Positions 43,390 through 53,744 of a stretch of 64,000 bases of DNA are shown here, piece by piece (position 1 is the stretch's first letter; each line of letters opens with the position of its first letter). The notes under the pieces were generated by a model. It saw only the letters and a program-made list of their open reading frames with translations, had not been told where the DNA came from and made no database searches. The stretch comes from Eubacteriales bacterium (lineage in GTDB: Bacteria > Bacillota > Desulfotomaculia > Desulfotomaculales > Nap2-2B), in contig JBAZGB010000004.1 of NCBI GenBank assembly GCA_041653135.1, forward strand, positions 5,528-69,527. Reading direction: 5' to 3'. Made by a program: the position numbers and the translations under genes.

Positions 43390-44427
43390 CTATCCCACAA
43401 TCGAAGCCAGATTTTTATCGTATGGCGGTGTGACCACCCCGCGCTCCGTTATAATGGCGGTGATTAGGATGTTTGGTGTTACATCGAAGGCGGGGTTCCA
43501 TACTTTTACTCCTTCGGGCGCAATCATATGGCCTGAAAAATATGTTACTTCAAGATGACTTCTTTCTTCTATCGGGATATCTTTCCCTTGCTTTATTCTT
43601 AAATCTATAGTTGAAACAGGCGCGGCGACATAAAAAGGTATTTTATGTTCTCTGGCCAGCAGGGCAACTCCGTACGTGCCTATCTTATTGGCCGTATCAC
43701 CGTTTGACGCTATCCTGTCAGCGCCTACGATAACCAAATCAACCATCTGTTGAGCCATCAGACTTGCCGCCATATTATCAGTAATCAGTGTAACAGGTAT
43801 TTTTTCCTGGATCATTTCCCAGGCGGTAAGCCTGGCGCCCTGTAAAAGAGGTCTTGTTTCATCTGCAAAAACACTTATTTCTTTTCCTGCTTCTTTTGCG
43901 GCCCTGATTACACCCAGCGCAGTTCCGTAACCTGCTGTAGCAAGCGCGCCTGCATTACAGTGGGTTAAAATCCTTGCCCTGTCTGGAATCAGCTTTTCTC
44001 CATAGTTTCCGATGGCTTTATTGGCGCTTATATCCTCTGATAAAATTGCGTGAGCTTCCTGAAGAAGCATATTTTTCAGTTGCGCAGGGGCAAGTGAGGC
44101 CGCATTCGCCTCATTCATTTTTTGCAGCATACGTTCCAAAGCCCAGCGCAGGTTTACTGCAGTTGGGCGGGTAAGCCACAATTCCCGGGCTATATTTTTC
44201 GCTTCCGCTATCAAATCTTCGCCAGTGTTAAATTGTTGCTCTGATAAGCCCAGGACAAGGCCATAAGCCGCGGCTACACCGATGGCCGGCGCTCCCCTGA
44301 CGCTTAAATTACTGATCGCTTTGGCAACCGTCTGGTAGTCTTTACATTCTATGTACTCCACTTTTTGCGGAAGCATGGTCTGATCAAGCAGCAGTAATGA
44401 ATCTTTTTCCCAGCGCATTGTATCCAT
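43390..44427 (-). CDS. mtnA: Methylthioribose-1-phosphate isomerase (eIF-2B-like family)
   Basis: Track ORF runs to 44469. ATG 44427 (MDTMRWEKDSLLLLDQTMLP) overlaps the upstream stop as TAATG. Other motifs are VRGAPAIGVAAAYG, THCNAG, ETRP..QGARLTAWE and GADRIA.NGD.ANKIGTY. Confidence 0.85.
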   Translation of the reverse strand: MDTMRWEKDSLLLLDQTMLPQKVEYIECKDYQTVAKAISNLSVRGAPAIGVAAAYGLVLGLSEQQFNTGEDLIAEAKNIARELWLTRPTAVNLRWALERMLQKMNEANAASLAPAQLKNMLLQEAHAILSEDISANKAIGNYGEKLIPDRARILTHCNAGALATAGYGTALGVIRAAKEAGKEISVFADETRPLLQGARLTAWEMIQEKIPVTLITDNMAASLMAQQMVDLVIVGADRIASNGDTANKIGTYGVALLAREHKIPFYVAAPVSTIDLRIKQGKDIPIEERSHLEVTYFSGHMIAPEGVKVWNPAFDVTPNILITAIITERGVVTPPYDKNLASIVG

Positions 44428-45212
44428 TAAGTTGGTTCTCCCCTCGTTAGGGATTCCTGACACGAACATGCCCGTGAAAGATCCAGAACTTCAATCGTTT
44501 TTTGCAAAAGAGCATTTACTTTTACGGCGTTCCGGGTCATAGTGTCAACAACTTCATTATGTGAAAGCGCACGCATTGATAAAATACCGGCCGCAAAATT
44601 TGTGATCAGAGCAATTGCAGCATAACAGATTCCTGCTTCTCTGGCCAGGACCGCTTCAGGGATGCCTGTCATACCGATAACGTCTCCGCCTAAAGACCTG
44701 TACATGCGTGTTTCAGCAGGTGTTTCATACCTTGGACCTTCAGTACATACATATGTTCCGCCATAATGGCAGGCCAGTCCGAGCTGCTTGGTGGTTACAG
44801 CAAGCAATCTGCGCAAGTGTGTGCAATACGGAGCTGTCATGTCCAGGTGGAGCACTTCTTTTTCCTGAAAGGTTTGCGGCCGTGACCTGGTAAAATCTAA
44901 AAACTGGTTTACGAGAACAATTTCTCCGGGTTTTAAATCTGTGCTTAAAGAACCGACAGCGGCTATGGCCAAGATAGCTTTTACGCCCAAAATCTTTAAG
45001 CTCCATATATTTGCCCTGTAATTGACAAGGTGAGGAGGCACTGTATGCCCTTCGCCATGGCGCGCAATAAAAACAACCTCCTTGTCATGCAGACGGCCTT
45101 TATTAAGAAGTACCTGCCCGTAGGGAGTATCCAGTACCGCCTTTTGGGGGTTTTCAAGCATTCCGGCATTATAAATTCCAGTGCCGCCGATAATACCAAC
45201 AAGTTCTGCCAT
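44427..45212 (-). CDS. MTAP-family nucleoside phosphorylase, copy 2
   Basis: The sequence is VGIIGGTGIY...TPYGQVLLNKGRLHDKEVVFIARHGEGHTVPPHLVNYRANIWSLK. It is a paralog of 38217..39011. Confidence 0.85.
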   Translation of the reverse strand: MAELVGIIGGTGIYNAGMLENPQKAVLDTPYGQVLLNKGRLHDKEVVFIARHGEGHTVPPHLVNYRANIWSLKILGVKAILAIAAVGSLSTDLKPGEIVLVNQFLDFTRSRPQTFQEKEVLHLDMTAPYCTHLRRLLAVTTKQLGLACHYGGTYVCTEGPRYETPAETRMYRSLGGDVIGMTGIPEAVLAREAGICYAAIALITNFAAGILSMRALSHNEVVDTMTRNAVKVNALLQKTIEVLDLSRACSCQESLTRGEPT

Positions 45213-45236
45213 ATCCGACCACTCCGAATCAATGCC

Positions 45237-46145
45237 CTAGGCAAACAAGGCATCAACAAACTCTTCAGCATTAAAGGGCTGTAAGTCATCAATCTTTTCC
45301 CCGACGCCGACAAATTTTACCGGCGTGCCCAGAGCGCCTTTTATTCCGATTATTATGCCTCCCTTTGCAGTGCTGTCCAATTTCGTCAGCACTATACCCG
45401 TCACTCCCATAATGGCGCCGAACGCTCTGGCTTGAGTCAAAGCGTTCTGGCCATTTGTGGCGTCCAGGACCAGCAGCACCTCCTGGGGCGCTCCCTGCGC
45501 TTCCCGGGATAGAACGCGCGCAATTTTTTTGAGTTCTTCCATCAGGTTGCTTTTTATATGCAGCCTTCCTGCCGTATCTACGATAAGGATGTCAGCCTTG
45601 CGTGCCTTGGCGGCCTGCAGGGCGTCGAAGGCAACTGCGGCAGGATCTGATCCTTCCTGGTGTTTGATAACCTCGGCGCCGACCCTGCTGCTTAGAATCT
45701 CCAGCTGATCTATGGCCGCTGCCCTGAAAGTGTCTGATGCTGCGATAATAACTTTCCTGCCATCCTGTACGAACCGGTGGGCCAGTTTGCCGATTGTAGT
45801 CGTCTTGCCGGCGCCGTTTACGCCTATGACCAGAATTACGGCAGGCGGTTCTCCCAGGTTCAGGGCGTTTGTTCCTTTTTCAAGTGTGTCCCTGATTATT
45901 TCTTTAAGCAGAGGTTTTAAACCGGCAGGTTCTTTTATTTTCCGTTCCTTTACTGTTTGGCGAAGCTTATCTACGAGTTCGGCGGAAACTTCAGCGCCGA
46001 CATCAGACTGGATTAGGATGTCTTCAAGTTCGTCGTAGATAGTTTCATCAATGGCCTTTTTTCCGGTTACTAATTCTTCTACTCTGCCGACCAGGTTCTG
46101 TCTTGTTTTAGACAAGCCTTGTTTTAGTTTCTCAAAAAAAGACAT
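45237..46145 (-). CDS. ftsY: Signal recognition particle receptor FtsY
   Basis: Motifs are VILVIGVNGAGKTTTIGKLA, DTFRAAAIDQL, VDTAGRL and TKLDSTAKGG. Confidence 0.9.
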   Translation of the reverse strand: MSFFEKLKQGLSKTRQNLVGRVEELVTGKKAIDETIYDELEDILIQSDVGAEVSAELVDKLRQTVKERKIKEPAGLKPLLKEIIRDTLEKGTNALNLGEPPAVILVIGVNGAGKTTTIGKLAHRFVQDGRKVIIAASDTFRAAAIDQLEILSSRVGAEVIKHQEGSDPAAVAFDALQAAKARKADILIVDTAGRLHIKSNLMEELKKIARVLSREAQGAPQEVLLVLDATNGQNALTQARAFGAIMGVTGIVLTKLDSTAKGGIIIGIKGALGTPVKFVGVGEKIDDLQPFNAEEFVDALFA

Positions 46146-46153
46146 TTTCCTCC

Positions 46154-46870
46154 CTATGATGTTTCGCTCCTGATTTTATCCAATGCCTGGCGGGCAGCCT
46201 GCTGTTCCGCTTCTTTCTTGGAGTGCCCTGTCCCCCGTCCAATTTCCTGCCCGTGGCTGTATACTCCGGAAGTGAATAACTTGTTATGATCAGGCCCTTC
46301 TTCATTAATTATTGCATAATTAACAGAATCTGGACCTTTTTGCTGAAGAAATTCCTGAAGTTCGGTCTTGTAATCCTTTCCGGCGCGTCCTTCCATAAGA
46401 TCGTTAATTACTGTTTTCAGACTGTTAATTGCTGTCAGTGCGGCCTGATCCAATCCCTGGTCCAAAAAAACCGCCCCAAGTAATGCCTCAAAAGCATCTG
46501 CAAGAATAGACGGCCGGTTTCTGCCCCCGGAGTTTTCTTCACCTCTTCCGATAAGCAAACACTTGCCAAGCTTAAGTTCTTTGGCTGCCCTGGCCAGGGA
46601 AGGTTCACAGACAAGAGTTGACCTAATCTTGGTCAACTCTCCTTCGGCGCTGCCGGGGTATTTTTTAAAAAGATAATTGCTGATTGAAAGTTCTAATACG
46701 GCATCGCCTAGAAACTCAAGACGCTGGTTGTCTTCCGGATCCTGTGTCTTGCTTTCATATGCATGTGAACTGTGAGTCAGGGCTGTTTGTAAAAGCTTTT
46801 CATTGTTCCAGGCAAATCCCAGCATTTTCTTCAAGCCGGCAATATTCTGCCTGAGGTTAGATTCGTACAT
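46154..46870 (-). CDS. rnc: Ribonuclease III
   Basis: Motifs are LLQTALTHSSH, NQRLEFLGDAVLE and a dsRBD tail (KDYKTELQEFLQ...GRGTGHSKKEAEQQAA). The start is placed after the fabF stop and its exact position is uncertain. Confidence 0.88.
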   Translation of the reverse strand: MYESNLRQNIAGLKKMLGFAWNNEKLLQTALTHSSHAYESKTQDPEDNQRLEFLGDAVLELSISNYLFKKYPGSAEGELTKIRSTLVCEPSLARAAKELKLGKCLLIGRGEENSGGRNRPSILADAFEALLGAVFLDQGLDQAALTAINSLKTVINDLMEGRAGKDYKTELQEFLQQKGPDSVNYAIINEEGPDHNKLFTSGVYSHGQEIGRGTGHSKKEAEQQAARQALDKIRSETS

Positions 46871-46874
46871 CCTC

Positions 46875-48116
46875 TTATTCTTTAAACTCCCTGAACAGTA
46901 AAGATACATTATGGCCGCCAAATCCGAGTGAATTGTTCAGAGCGACCTTCACAGGCATTGGACGGGCCTTATGCGGAACATAATCAAGATCGCATTCCGG
47001 ATCGGGATGATCATAATTTATAGTTGGAGGAACCACTTTCCTGCATATAGTCAATACACATGTGACTGCTTCAACTCCTCCCGCTGCCCCGAGAAGATGC
47101 CCGGTCATGGACTTGGTGGAGCTTACGGCAAGTTTATTTGTTGAATCGTTAAAGAGATGTTTAATGGCTATAGTTTCAACCTTATCGCCAAGAGGTGTGG
47201 ATGTGCCGTGAGCATTTATATAATCCACATCGCTGGTTGAAACACCGGCATCCAACATCGCCAGTTCCATGGCTTTTGCGGCTCCTTTGCCATCTGGTTC
47301 CGGGGCTGTAATGTGATATGCGTCGCAAGTACACCCATAACCGGCAATTTCGGCATAAATATTAGCGCCGCGTGCAAGGGCGTGTTCCAGCTTTTCTAGA
47401 ACCAGCATGGCGGCTCCCTCGCCAATTACAAAGCCGTCGCGGTTTGAATCGAAGGGCCTGCTGGCTTTCTTGGGTTCCTCATTATAAGTAGACATTGCCT
47501 TCATAGAGCAGAAACCTGCTATAGCTAAAGGTGTTATAGGGGCTTCAGCGCCGCCGGCAATCATTACATCGGCATCACCTTGTTTAATAAGGCTGTAAGC
47601 GTCTCCGAGAGCGTTGTTGCTGGATGCGCAGGCGCTGACTGTAGCCATATTATACCCTCTTAAGCCGTATGCAATGGCTATTTGACCAGCGCCCATATTG
47701 GGAATCAGCATAGTTATGAAAAACGGGCTTATCCTGTCAGGGCCGCGGTTTGTTAAAATTTTATGCTGCTCTTCGAGCGTTCCTATCCCGCCGATACCCG
47801 AGCCAAGAATTACTCCAATGCGATCCCTGTTCAAGTTTTCCAGCTTTAAATCTGCGTCTTTAATTGCCTGACCAGCAGCCGCCATGGCAAAATGAGTGAA
47901 ACGGTCCATTCGCCTGGCCTCTTTCTTGTCAAGATAGTCTGTCGGATTGAAGTTCTTTATTTCTGCAGCAATCCGCGTGGTATAATTTTCAGTATCGAAA
48001 AAGGTAATATAATCTACACCGGAAATTCCCGATGTTAAATTTGCCCAAAAACTTTCCACGTCTAATCCTAAAGGAGAGATAACTCCCATGCCGGTAATTA
48101 CCACACGGTTTTGCAA
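46875..48116 (-). CDS. fabF: 3-oxoacyl-ACP synthase II
   Basis: TTG start lies 8 nt after GGGAGG. The sequence includes RVVITGMGVISPLG, the active-site region ATVSACASS, HGTSTPLGD, and GHLLGAAG...NSLGFGGHN. Confidence 0.92.
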   Translation of the reverse strand: MQNRVVITGMGVISPLGLDVESFWANLTSGISGVDYITFFDTENYTTRIAAEIKNFNPTDYLDKKEARRMDRFTHFAMAAAGQAIKDADLKLENLNRDRIGVILGSGIGGIGTLEEQHKILTNRGPDRISPFFITMLIPNMGAGQIAIAYGLRGYNMATVSACASSNNALGDAYSLIKQGDADVMIAGGAEAPITPLAIAGFCSMKAMSTYNEEPKKASRPFDSNRDGFVIGEGAAMLVLEKLEHALARGANIYAEIAGYGCTCDAYHITAPEPDGKGAAKAMELAMLDAGVSTSDVDYINAHGTSTPLGDKVETIAIKHLFNDSTNKLAVSSTKSMTGHLLGAAGGVEAVTCVLTICRKVVPPTINYDHPDPECDLDYVPHKARPMPVKVALNNSLGFGGHNVSLLFREFKE

Positions 48117-48180
48117 AACTATAAACCTCCCTGCAATAAAAAATTAAGCCTGTTTTTTAAAGTCTGCATCAAGGCACAAC

Positions 48181-48423
48181 CTACCTGTGATCCTGAATAT
48201 ATTTGACCGCCTGTCCGACTGTCCTGATTTTCTCTGCGTTTTCATCCGGGATAACTATATCAAATTCTTCTTCAAAAGCCATGACAAGTTCGACTATATC
48301 CAAAGAATCCGCCCCAAGGTCTTCGATGAAAGAAGAATCTATATTTACCTCTTCTTCCTCGACGCCAAGCTGTTCTACTATTATCGCCTTTACTTTCTCT
48401 GCGATAGATTCTGAACTGGACAT
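48181..48423 (-). CDS. acpP: Acyl carrier protein
   Basis: The phosphopantetheine site is [19 protein letters not shown]. Confidence 0.92.
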   Translation of the reverse strand: MSSSESIAEKVKAIIVEQLGVEEEEVNIDSSFIEDLGADSLDIVELVMAFEEEFDIVIPDENAEKIRTVGQAVKYIQDHR

Positions 48424-48459
48424 TTTTTCACCCCCCCTTCATTTTTTAATTGACGTTGT

Positions 48460-49203
48460 TTACACTGCCAGACCGCCGTCCACTATGATGGTCTGGCCAG
48501 TTATATAGCTTGCCGCATCACTGGCCAGAAAAACTGCTACCGAACCTATTTCCTCCGGCCTTCCCAGGCGCCCCAGGGCAATGCGGGAAAGCATCTTCTC
48601 CCTGAAAGTTTCCGGAAGTCCTTGCGTCATGTCAGTTTCAATATATCCAGGAGCAATTGCGTTTACAGTAATCTTTCTCGAACCAAGTTCCTGCGCAACT
48701 GATTTCGTAAATGCAATCAGTCCGCCTTTGCTGGCTGCATAGTTTGCCTGCCCGACGTTTCCCGTATAAGCAATAATGGAACTAATGTTAATTATCCGTC
48801 CCCATTTTGCCTTGAGCATTGGGCGTGTCACGGCTCTTACGCAGTTAAAGGCGCCTTTGAGATTGATCGAAAGAACACTGTCCCAGTCTTCGTCACGAAG
48901 CACTGCAACCAGGTTGTCACGGGTAATGCCGGCGTTGTTTACCAGGATGTCTACCCGCCCTAATTGTTTTACGGCGAGCTGGATCATTGATGATGCCTGC
49001 TCCGGATCAGCTATATTTGCCCGGTGGGCAATTGACTGACGGCCCAGCTTTTCAATGTCGCTGCATACTTTTTCTGCAGCTTCAGCATCATTAGTATAAT
49101 TTACCAGTACATCCGCGCCCGCTTCAGCCAGCGACATTGCGATTGCGCGTCCTATGCCCCTGGAGGCCCCTGTGACAACAGCCTTTTTGCCGTTAAGGAC
49201 CAT
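48460..49203 (-). CDS. fabG: 3-oxoacyl-ACP reductase
   Basis: ATG 49203 lies 9 nt after GGGGAGG and just past the fabD stop. Motifs are [17 protein letters not shown] and YAASK. Confidence 0.9.
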   Translation of the reverse strand: MVLNGKKAVVTGASRGIGRAIAMSLAEAGADVLVNYTNDAEAAEKVCSDIEKLGRQSIAHRANIADPEQASSMIQLAVKQLGRVDILVNNAGITRDNLVAVLRDEDWDSVLSINLKGAFNCVRAVTRPMLKAKWGRIINISSIIAYTGNVGQANYAASKGGLIAFTKSVAQELGSRKITVNAIAPGYIETDMTQGLPETFREKMLSRIALGRLGRPEEIGSVAVFLASDAASYITGQTIIVDGGLAV

Positions 49204-49204
49204 C

Positions 49205-50143
49205 TTAGCTAACCTCCCCGGGCTGCATAAGTATTTTTTCAATTGAGTCCGGGTTCTCGGTATTTGCTATAGACACTTTTCTGCTTATTTTTTTCAGAAG
49301 GCCGGTTAAAACATTTCCGGGGCCTGCTTCTATAAAAGCATCGAAATCATTTACCAGCCGGACCATGCTTTCTTCCCAGCGAACAGGGCTGTATACCTGT
49401 TCAACAAGAAACCTTTTGACTTCGGCGCCTTTTGTGACGTAATCCGCGGTAACGTTAGCTACAACCGGTATCTGAGGGTCCTTAATTTCTACGGCGGCCA
49501 GCTCGGCGGCCATTTTGTCCCCTGCCGGACGCAAAAGAGTGGAATGAAACGGTGCGCTTACGGCCAGCGGGATACATTTTTTTGCGCCTGCTTCTTTAGC
49601 CAGGATCTTAGCCCTTTCCAAAGCCTGGTTTTCACCGGCGATAACCACCTGCCCGGGGCAGTTAAAATTAGCCACATCAACAATCTTACCCTCAGATCTT
49701 ACCTCGCTGCAAACCCGTGTAATCTCAGGCGCATCAAGGCCCAGAACAGCTACCATGCCGCCCGTGCCCAGCGGTACCGTTTCCTGCATGTACTGACCCC
49801 TTTTGCGTACAAGCTTCAAGCCGTCCGCAAAGGAAATTGATCCAGCGGTTACAAGGGCGCTGTATTCTCCAAGACTGTGGCCCGCAGTTGCAGACGGTTC
49901 AATACCCCTTTCCAGCAGTATCCTGGCACAGGCGATACTAACTGTATAGATTGCCGGCTGTGCGTTAATGGTTTTTTGAAGTTCCTCTTCAGGCCCTTCA
50001 AAACACAGGCCGCTTAAGGAAAAACCTAAAATTTCATCCGCTGTCTCAAAAATTTCCCTCACCGCGGGATACTGATCATATATTTTTTTGCCCATACCGG
50101 CGTATTGAGCGCCCTGCCCGGGAAAGAGAAAAACTGCTTTCAT
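49205..50143 (-). CDS. fabD: Malonyl-CoA:ACP transacylase
   Basis: Motifs are [10 protein letters not shown], the active-site [10 protein letters not shown], and AFHS. Confidence 0.9.
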   Translation of the reverse strand: MKAVFLFPGQGAQYAGMGKKIYDQYPAVREIFETADEILGFSLSGLCFEGPEEELQKTINAQPAIYTVSIACARILLERGIEPSATAGHSLGEYSALVTAGSISFADGLKLVRKRGQYMQETVPLGTGGMVAVLGLDAPEITRVCSEVRSEGKIVDVANFNCPGQVVIAGENQALERAKILAKEAGAKKCIPLAVSAPFHSTLLRPAGDKMAAELAAVEIKDPQIPVVANVTADYVTKGAEVKRFLVEQVYSPVRWEESMVRLVNDFDAFIEAGPGNVLTGLLKKISRKVSIANTENPDSIEKILMQPGEVS

Positions 50144-50160
50144 TTATTCAATTCACCACC

Positions 50161-51081
50161 TTACAGAGCCAGATTTTGAAATATTTTAGCGGCGCCCTGG
50201 ACTACATCCAGAATTATTTCACGAGCGGTTTGGATTTCTTTAACCATTGCCGACACCTGACCGGCCATAACTGATCCGTAATCTGTGTCCCCTTCCACCA
50301 TTGCGGCCTGAAGGCGTCCCACACCCAGCTTTTCCAATTCTTCCGCAGGTGCGCGGCGGCTTTCCAGATCCTCGTATTTCCTGGTCAGTTTATTTTGGAG
50401 CACACGCACAGGATGACCTATGCTATGGCCTGTAACGATAGTGTCCCTGTCCTTTGCCTTGATGATCATCTGCTTGACATTGGGATGAATGGTGCATTCC
50501 TCTGCGCACATGAAACGGGTGCCCATCTGGACCCCGACGGCTCCCAGGCATAATGCCGCGGCCAAACCGCGCCCGTCAAAAATTCCGCCGGCAGCAATTA
50601 CGGGTACTTGAACTGCCTCCACTACCTGGGGGACAAGAGCCATCGTCCCAAGGTCGCCCACGTGTCCTCCGCTTTCCATCCCTTCGGCAATAACGGCATT
50701 AACACCATTGCGGACCAGGCGCTTGGCAAGGGCTACGGACGATACTACAGGAATTACTTTGACGCCCGCGCCTTGTAAATCTGGAAGATACTTGCCGGGG
50801 TTGCCTGCTCCGGTAGTAATTACATGTACCTTTTCCTCGATAATTACCTTGAGGACATCTTCGACATACGGGGAAAGCAGCAGAACATTAACACCGAACG
50901 GTTTATTTGTCAGCTCTTTAGCCAATCTGACCTGTTCCCGCACCCAACTTGCTTCGGTAGTACCTGAACCGATTATTCCAAGGCCACCGGCCTCACTCAC
51001 AGCAGCAGCCAGATGTGCTGTAGATACCCACGCCATTCCTCCCTGGATAACCGGGTATTCAATTTCTAAAAGATCGCACAA
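50161..51081 (-). CDS. fabK: Enoyl-ACP reductase II (FMN-dependent, nitronate monooxygenase-like)
   Basis: Motifs are YPVIQGGMAWVS, AEGMESGGHVG and IAAGGIFDGRG. Its position in the fab operon supports the call. Confidence 0.85.
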   Translation of the reverse strand: MCDLLEIEYPVIQGGMAWVSTAHLAAAVSEAGGLGIIGSGTTEASWVREQVRLAKELTNKPFGVNVLLLSPYVEDVLKVIIEEKVHVITTGAGNPGKYLPDLQGAGVKVIPVVSSVALAKRLVRNGVNAVIAEGMESGGHVGDLGTMALVPQVVEAVQVPVIAAGGIFDGRGLAAALCLGAVGVQMGTRFMCAEECTIHPNVKQMIIKAKDRDTIVTGHSIGHPVRVLQNKLTRKYEDLESRRAPAEELEKLGVGRLQAAMVEGDTDYGSVMAGQVSAMVKEIQTAREIILDVVQGAAKIFQNLAL

Positions 51082-51113
51082 ACTTGTATGAATTGGACAC
51101 GCCTCCTTAGAAA

Positions 51114-52124
51114 CTAGTTATAGTTCCGGTAGTCATACCATTTCATTACCAGGGCGCCCCAGGTAAGTCCGGCCCCAAAACTGGCCATAACTATATGTTG
51201 ACCGTCGTTTATCTTACCTTCCTGTAAAGATTCGTATAGCGCCAGCGGGAGTGTTGCCGAGGAAGTATTTCCGTAACGATCAACATTTACTGCTACCTTA
51301 TCAAGAGGTATGTTTAGACGTTTGGCGGCTGTTTCAATTATGCGCAGGTTTGCCTGGTGAGGAATAAAAAAATCCAAATCACCGCGGGTCAATCCTGCCT
51401 CGTCCAAAACATTCAGGCAGCATTCTTCAATGTTCCTGACGGCAAATTTAAAGACCTCCCCGCCGTTCATATGCAAAAAGTGAAGTTTTTTCTCTATTGT
51501 CTCTTTTGATGCCGGAAACTGGGTCATCCCACCGGGCAGGGTTAACAGATGGGCTCCTGAACCGTCTGATCTTATGCTGCTGGAGAGGATACCATACCCT
51601 TCCGGGACCGGACCCATAATTACAGCGCCGGCTGCATCACCAAAGAGGATGCATGTATTGCGGTCCTCCCAGTTAACTACTCTTGACATGCACTCGGCTC
51701 CGATTAAAAGTATCCTGTTGCAGCAGCCGCTGACAATAAACTGGCTTGCAATTACCATCCCGTAAAGAAAAGATGTGCATCCGGCCTGCAGGTCAAATGC
51801 TCCCACTTTACGAGCCCCGATTTTATCCTGTACCAGACAGGCGGTAGCGGGAAACAACATGTCCGGCGTGTTGGTGGCAACGATGATTAGATCTATCTCG
51901 TCCACTTTTATTCCGGCATCGGCTATTGCTTTCTTTGCTGCTTCAGTCGCCATATCAGAAGTTAACTGATCGGGTTCGGCGATGCGCCTTTCCCTGATAC
52001 CCGTCCTTGTTACTATCCATTCGTCCCCGGTGTCCACCATTTTTTCCAGGTCCTGGTTAGTTAATCTACGCTCTGGTGTATAAATGCCAACTCCCAGGAT
52101 ACCTGCTTGTCGATCATTGTGCAT
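51114..52124 (-). CDS. fabH: 3-oxoacyl-ACP synthase III
   Basis: Motifs are TSDMA, FDLQAGCTSFLYG (active-site Cys), IPHQANLRI and GNTSSATLPL. Confidence 0.9.
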   Translation of the reverse strand: MHNDRQAGILGVGIYTPERRLTNQDLEKMVDTGDEWIVTRTGIRERRIAEPDQLTSDMATEAAKKAIADAGIKVDEIDLIIVATNTPDMLFPATACLVQDKIGARKVGAFDLQAGCTSFLYGMVIASQFIVSGCCNRILLIGAECMSRVVNWEDRNTCILFGDAAGAVIMGPVPEGYGILSSSIRSDGSGAHLLTLPGGMTQFPASKETIEKKLHFLHMNGGEVFKFAVRNIEECCLNVLDEAGLTRGDLDFFIPHQANLRIIETAAKRLNIPLDKVAVNVDRYGNTSSATLPLALYESLQEGKINDGQHIVMASFGAGLTWGALVMKWYDYRNYN

Positions 52125-53127
52125 TAATATTCCTACCTTTGTATTGAATTCTATGAATGCTGTTTTGTATGGCTGATGTCAAATTCTTTTGTACTGATTC
52201 ACGTGCAAAGCGAATGGCGTTCTTTACAGCCCTGGAAGTGGAACTTCCATGACAAACAATGATCAGACCGTTTAACCCCAGTAATGGGGCTCCGCCATAC
52301 TCCGCATAATCCAGCCTTCTTTGAAAATTGCGCATAGCTGACATTGACATGGTAAATCCCGCCCTGCCAATCCAGTCTTTGTTTGCTTCTTCTTTCATCA
52401 TTTGCATAAAAACAGCGCCGAGTCCTTCAAGAGCTTTTAAAACTACATTTCCGATAAAACCGTCACAGACGACTATGTCAACTGTACCCTGACAGATGTC
52501 TCTTCCTTCAACGTTGCCGATAAAATTAAGATCAGCCTCTTGGAGCATCGGGAAAGCGGCTAAAGTAAGCTCGTTGCCTTTTGTAACTTCTTCTCCGATA
52601 TTTAACAGCCCCACGCGGGGGTTTTTTATCCCCATTACTTCCTGAGCATAGAGGCGCCCCATAATTGCAAACTGGAGAATGTGTACAGGTTTGCAGTCGA
52701 CATTGGCGCCAACGTCCAGGATCATAGTGCATCCGCCCTTACTGGGCACCACTGCGGCGAGAGCAGGCCGGTCAATGTCTTCGATTAGGCGGAGCATTAA
52801 AACACCTGCGGCCATTAAAGCTCCGGTATTCCCCGCCGAGACAGCGGCCGAGGCCGTGCCTTCCTTGAGCAGCTTAATGACCTGGACAATTGAAGAACCC
52901 TTTTTCCTTCGTACGGCGACTGCGGGAGACTCGGACATAGAAATAACTTCAGGCGCATGATGGATAGTCACAAGCTTGCTTGTGTACCCTTCAAGTTCTT
53001 TTTGCAGCATTTCCTGGTCTCCTACCAGAACTATTTCCTGGTTGTACTCCTGGGCGGCCTGTACTGCGCCTTTGACGATTTCTCCGGGTGCATTATCGCC
53101 ACCCATTGCGTCGACGGCAATTTTCAA
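52114..53127 (-). CDS. plsX: Phosphate acyltransferase PlsX
   Basis: Motifs are KIAVDAMGGDNAP, SAGNTGA and CDGFIGNVVLK. Confidence 0.9.
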   Translation of the reverse strand: MKIAVDAMGGDNAPGEIVKGAVQAAQEYNQEIVLVGDQEMLQKELEGYTSKLVTIHHAPEVISMSESPAVAVRRKKGSSIVQVIKLLKEGTASAAVSAGNTGALMAAGVLMLRLIEDIDRPALAAVVPSKGGCTMILDVGANVDCKPVHILQFAIMGRLYAQEVMGIKNPRVGLLNIGEEVTKGNELTLAAFPMLQEADLNFIGNVEGRDICQGTVDIVVCDGFIGNVVLKALEGLGAVFMQMMKEEANKDWIGRAGFTMSMSAMRNFQRRLDYAEYGGAPLLGLNGLIIVCHGSSTSRAVKNAIRFARESVQKNLTSAIQNSIHRIQYKGRNINAQ

Positions 53128-53141
53128 ACTTGGCCTACCTC

Positions 53142-53696
53142 CTAGGCTATCGCAAAAATAAGAAATTTTCCTTGAAAAATTGTTTCGTCCTGCACTTTTG
53201 AAGTGACTCTGACAATAAATTTATTATCTTTTTTACGGCTTATGAAAGCCCTGGCGATCACCTTCTCTCCGCAATAAACCGGGCGTTTGAAACTTATTTT
53301 TGCTGTGCCGGTTAAAGCAACCTTGGTGTTGACAAGGGAAACGGCGAGGCAGTTTGCCTGGGCGAAAATATAATGTCCCCTGGCTACTTTTGTGCTGTTA
53401 AGAGTCATCTCTTCAGAGACTTCCAGAATTGAAACACCTTGCCTGCCGGGTTCCAGATCGACGAGATCGCCAATCCATTCTTCTTTTTGCAAAGCAGACA
53501 CCTGTCCATAGCTTCCCCTGGCAACCTCTCTTAATCTCTTGCGGAGTTCGGGGATGCTCAAACCCCAGCGGTCAAGCCTGACTGTCTGGATACTTACACC
53601 GAGCATGTGAGCAAGCTCGCTGTCCGTAAGGAATGGATTCCCTTCAATATATTTGCAGAGAAGTTCCTGGCGTTTGCTTTTCCCCGGACTTTTCAT
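53142..53696 (-). CDS. fapR: Fatty acid/phospholipid synthesis regulator FapR
   Basis: ATG 53696 follows AGGTGG. The HTH region is RQELLCKYIEGNPFLTDSELAHMLGVSIQTVRLDR. A hot-dog thioesterase-like C-terminal region follows. Confidence 0.85.
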   Translation of the reverse strand: MKSPGKSKRQELLCKYIEGNPFLTDSELAHMLGVSIQTVRLDRWGLSIPELRKRLREVARGSYGQVSALQKEEWIGDLVDLEPGRQGVSILEVSEEMTLNSTKVARGHYIFAQANCLAVSLVNTKVALTGTAKISFKRPVYCGEKVIARAFISRKKDNKFIVRVTSKVQDETIFQGKFLIFAIA

Positions 53697-53727
53697 GGTA
53701 AATAATGCCACCTATGTTAAAATTACT

Positions 53728-53744
53728 TTAATACCAGATACTAA
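53728..53744 (-). promoter_or_regulatory. Putative FapR operator just downstream of a TATACT -10 element
   Basis: The minus strand reads TTAGTATCTGGTATTAA, a 17-bp near-palindrome that closely resembles the B. subtilis FapR box as recalled. TATACT lies at 53750-53755. Confidence 0.55.
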
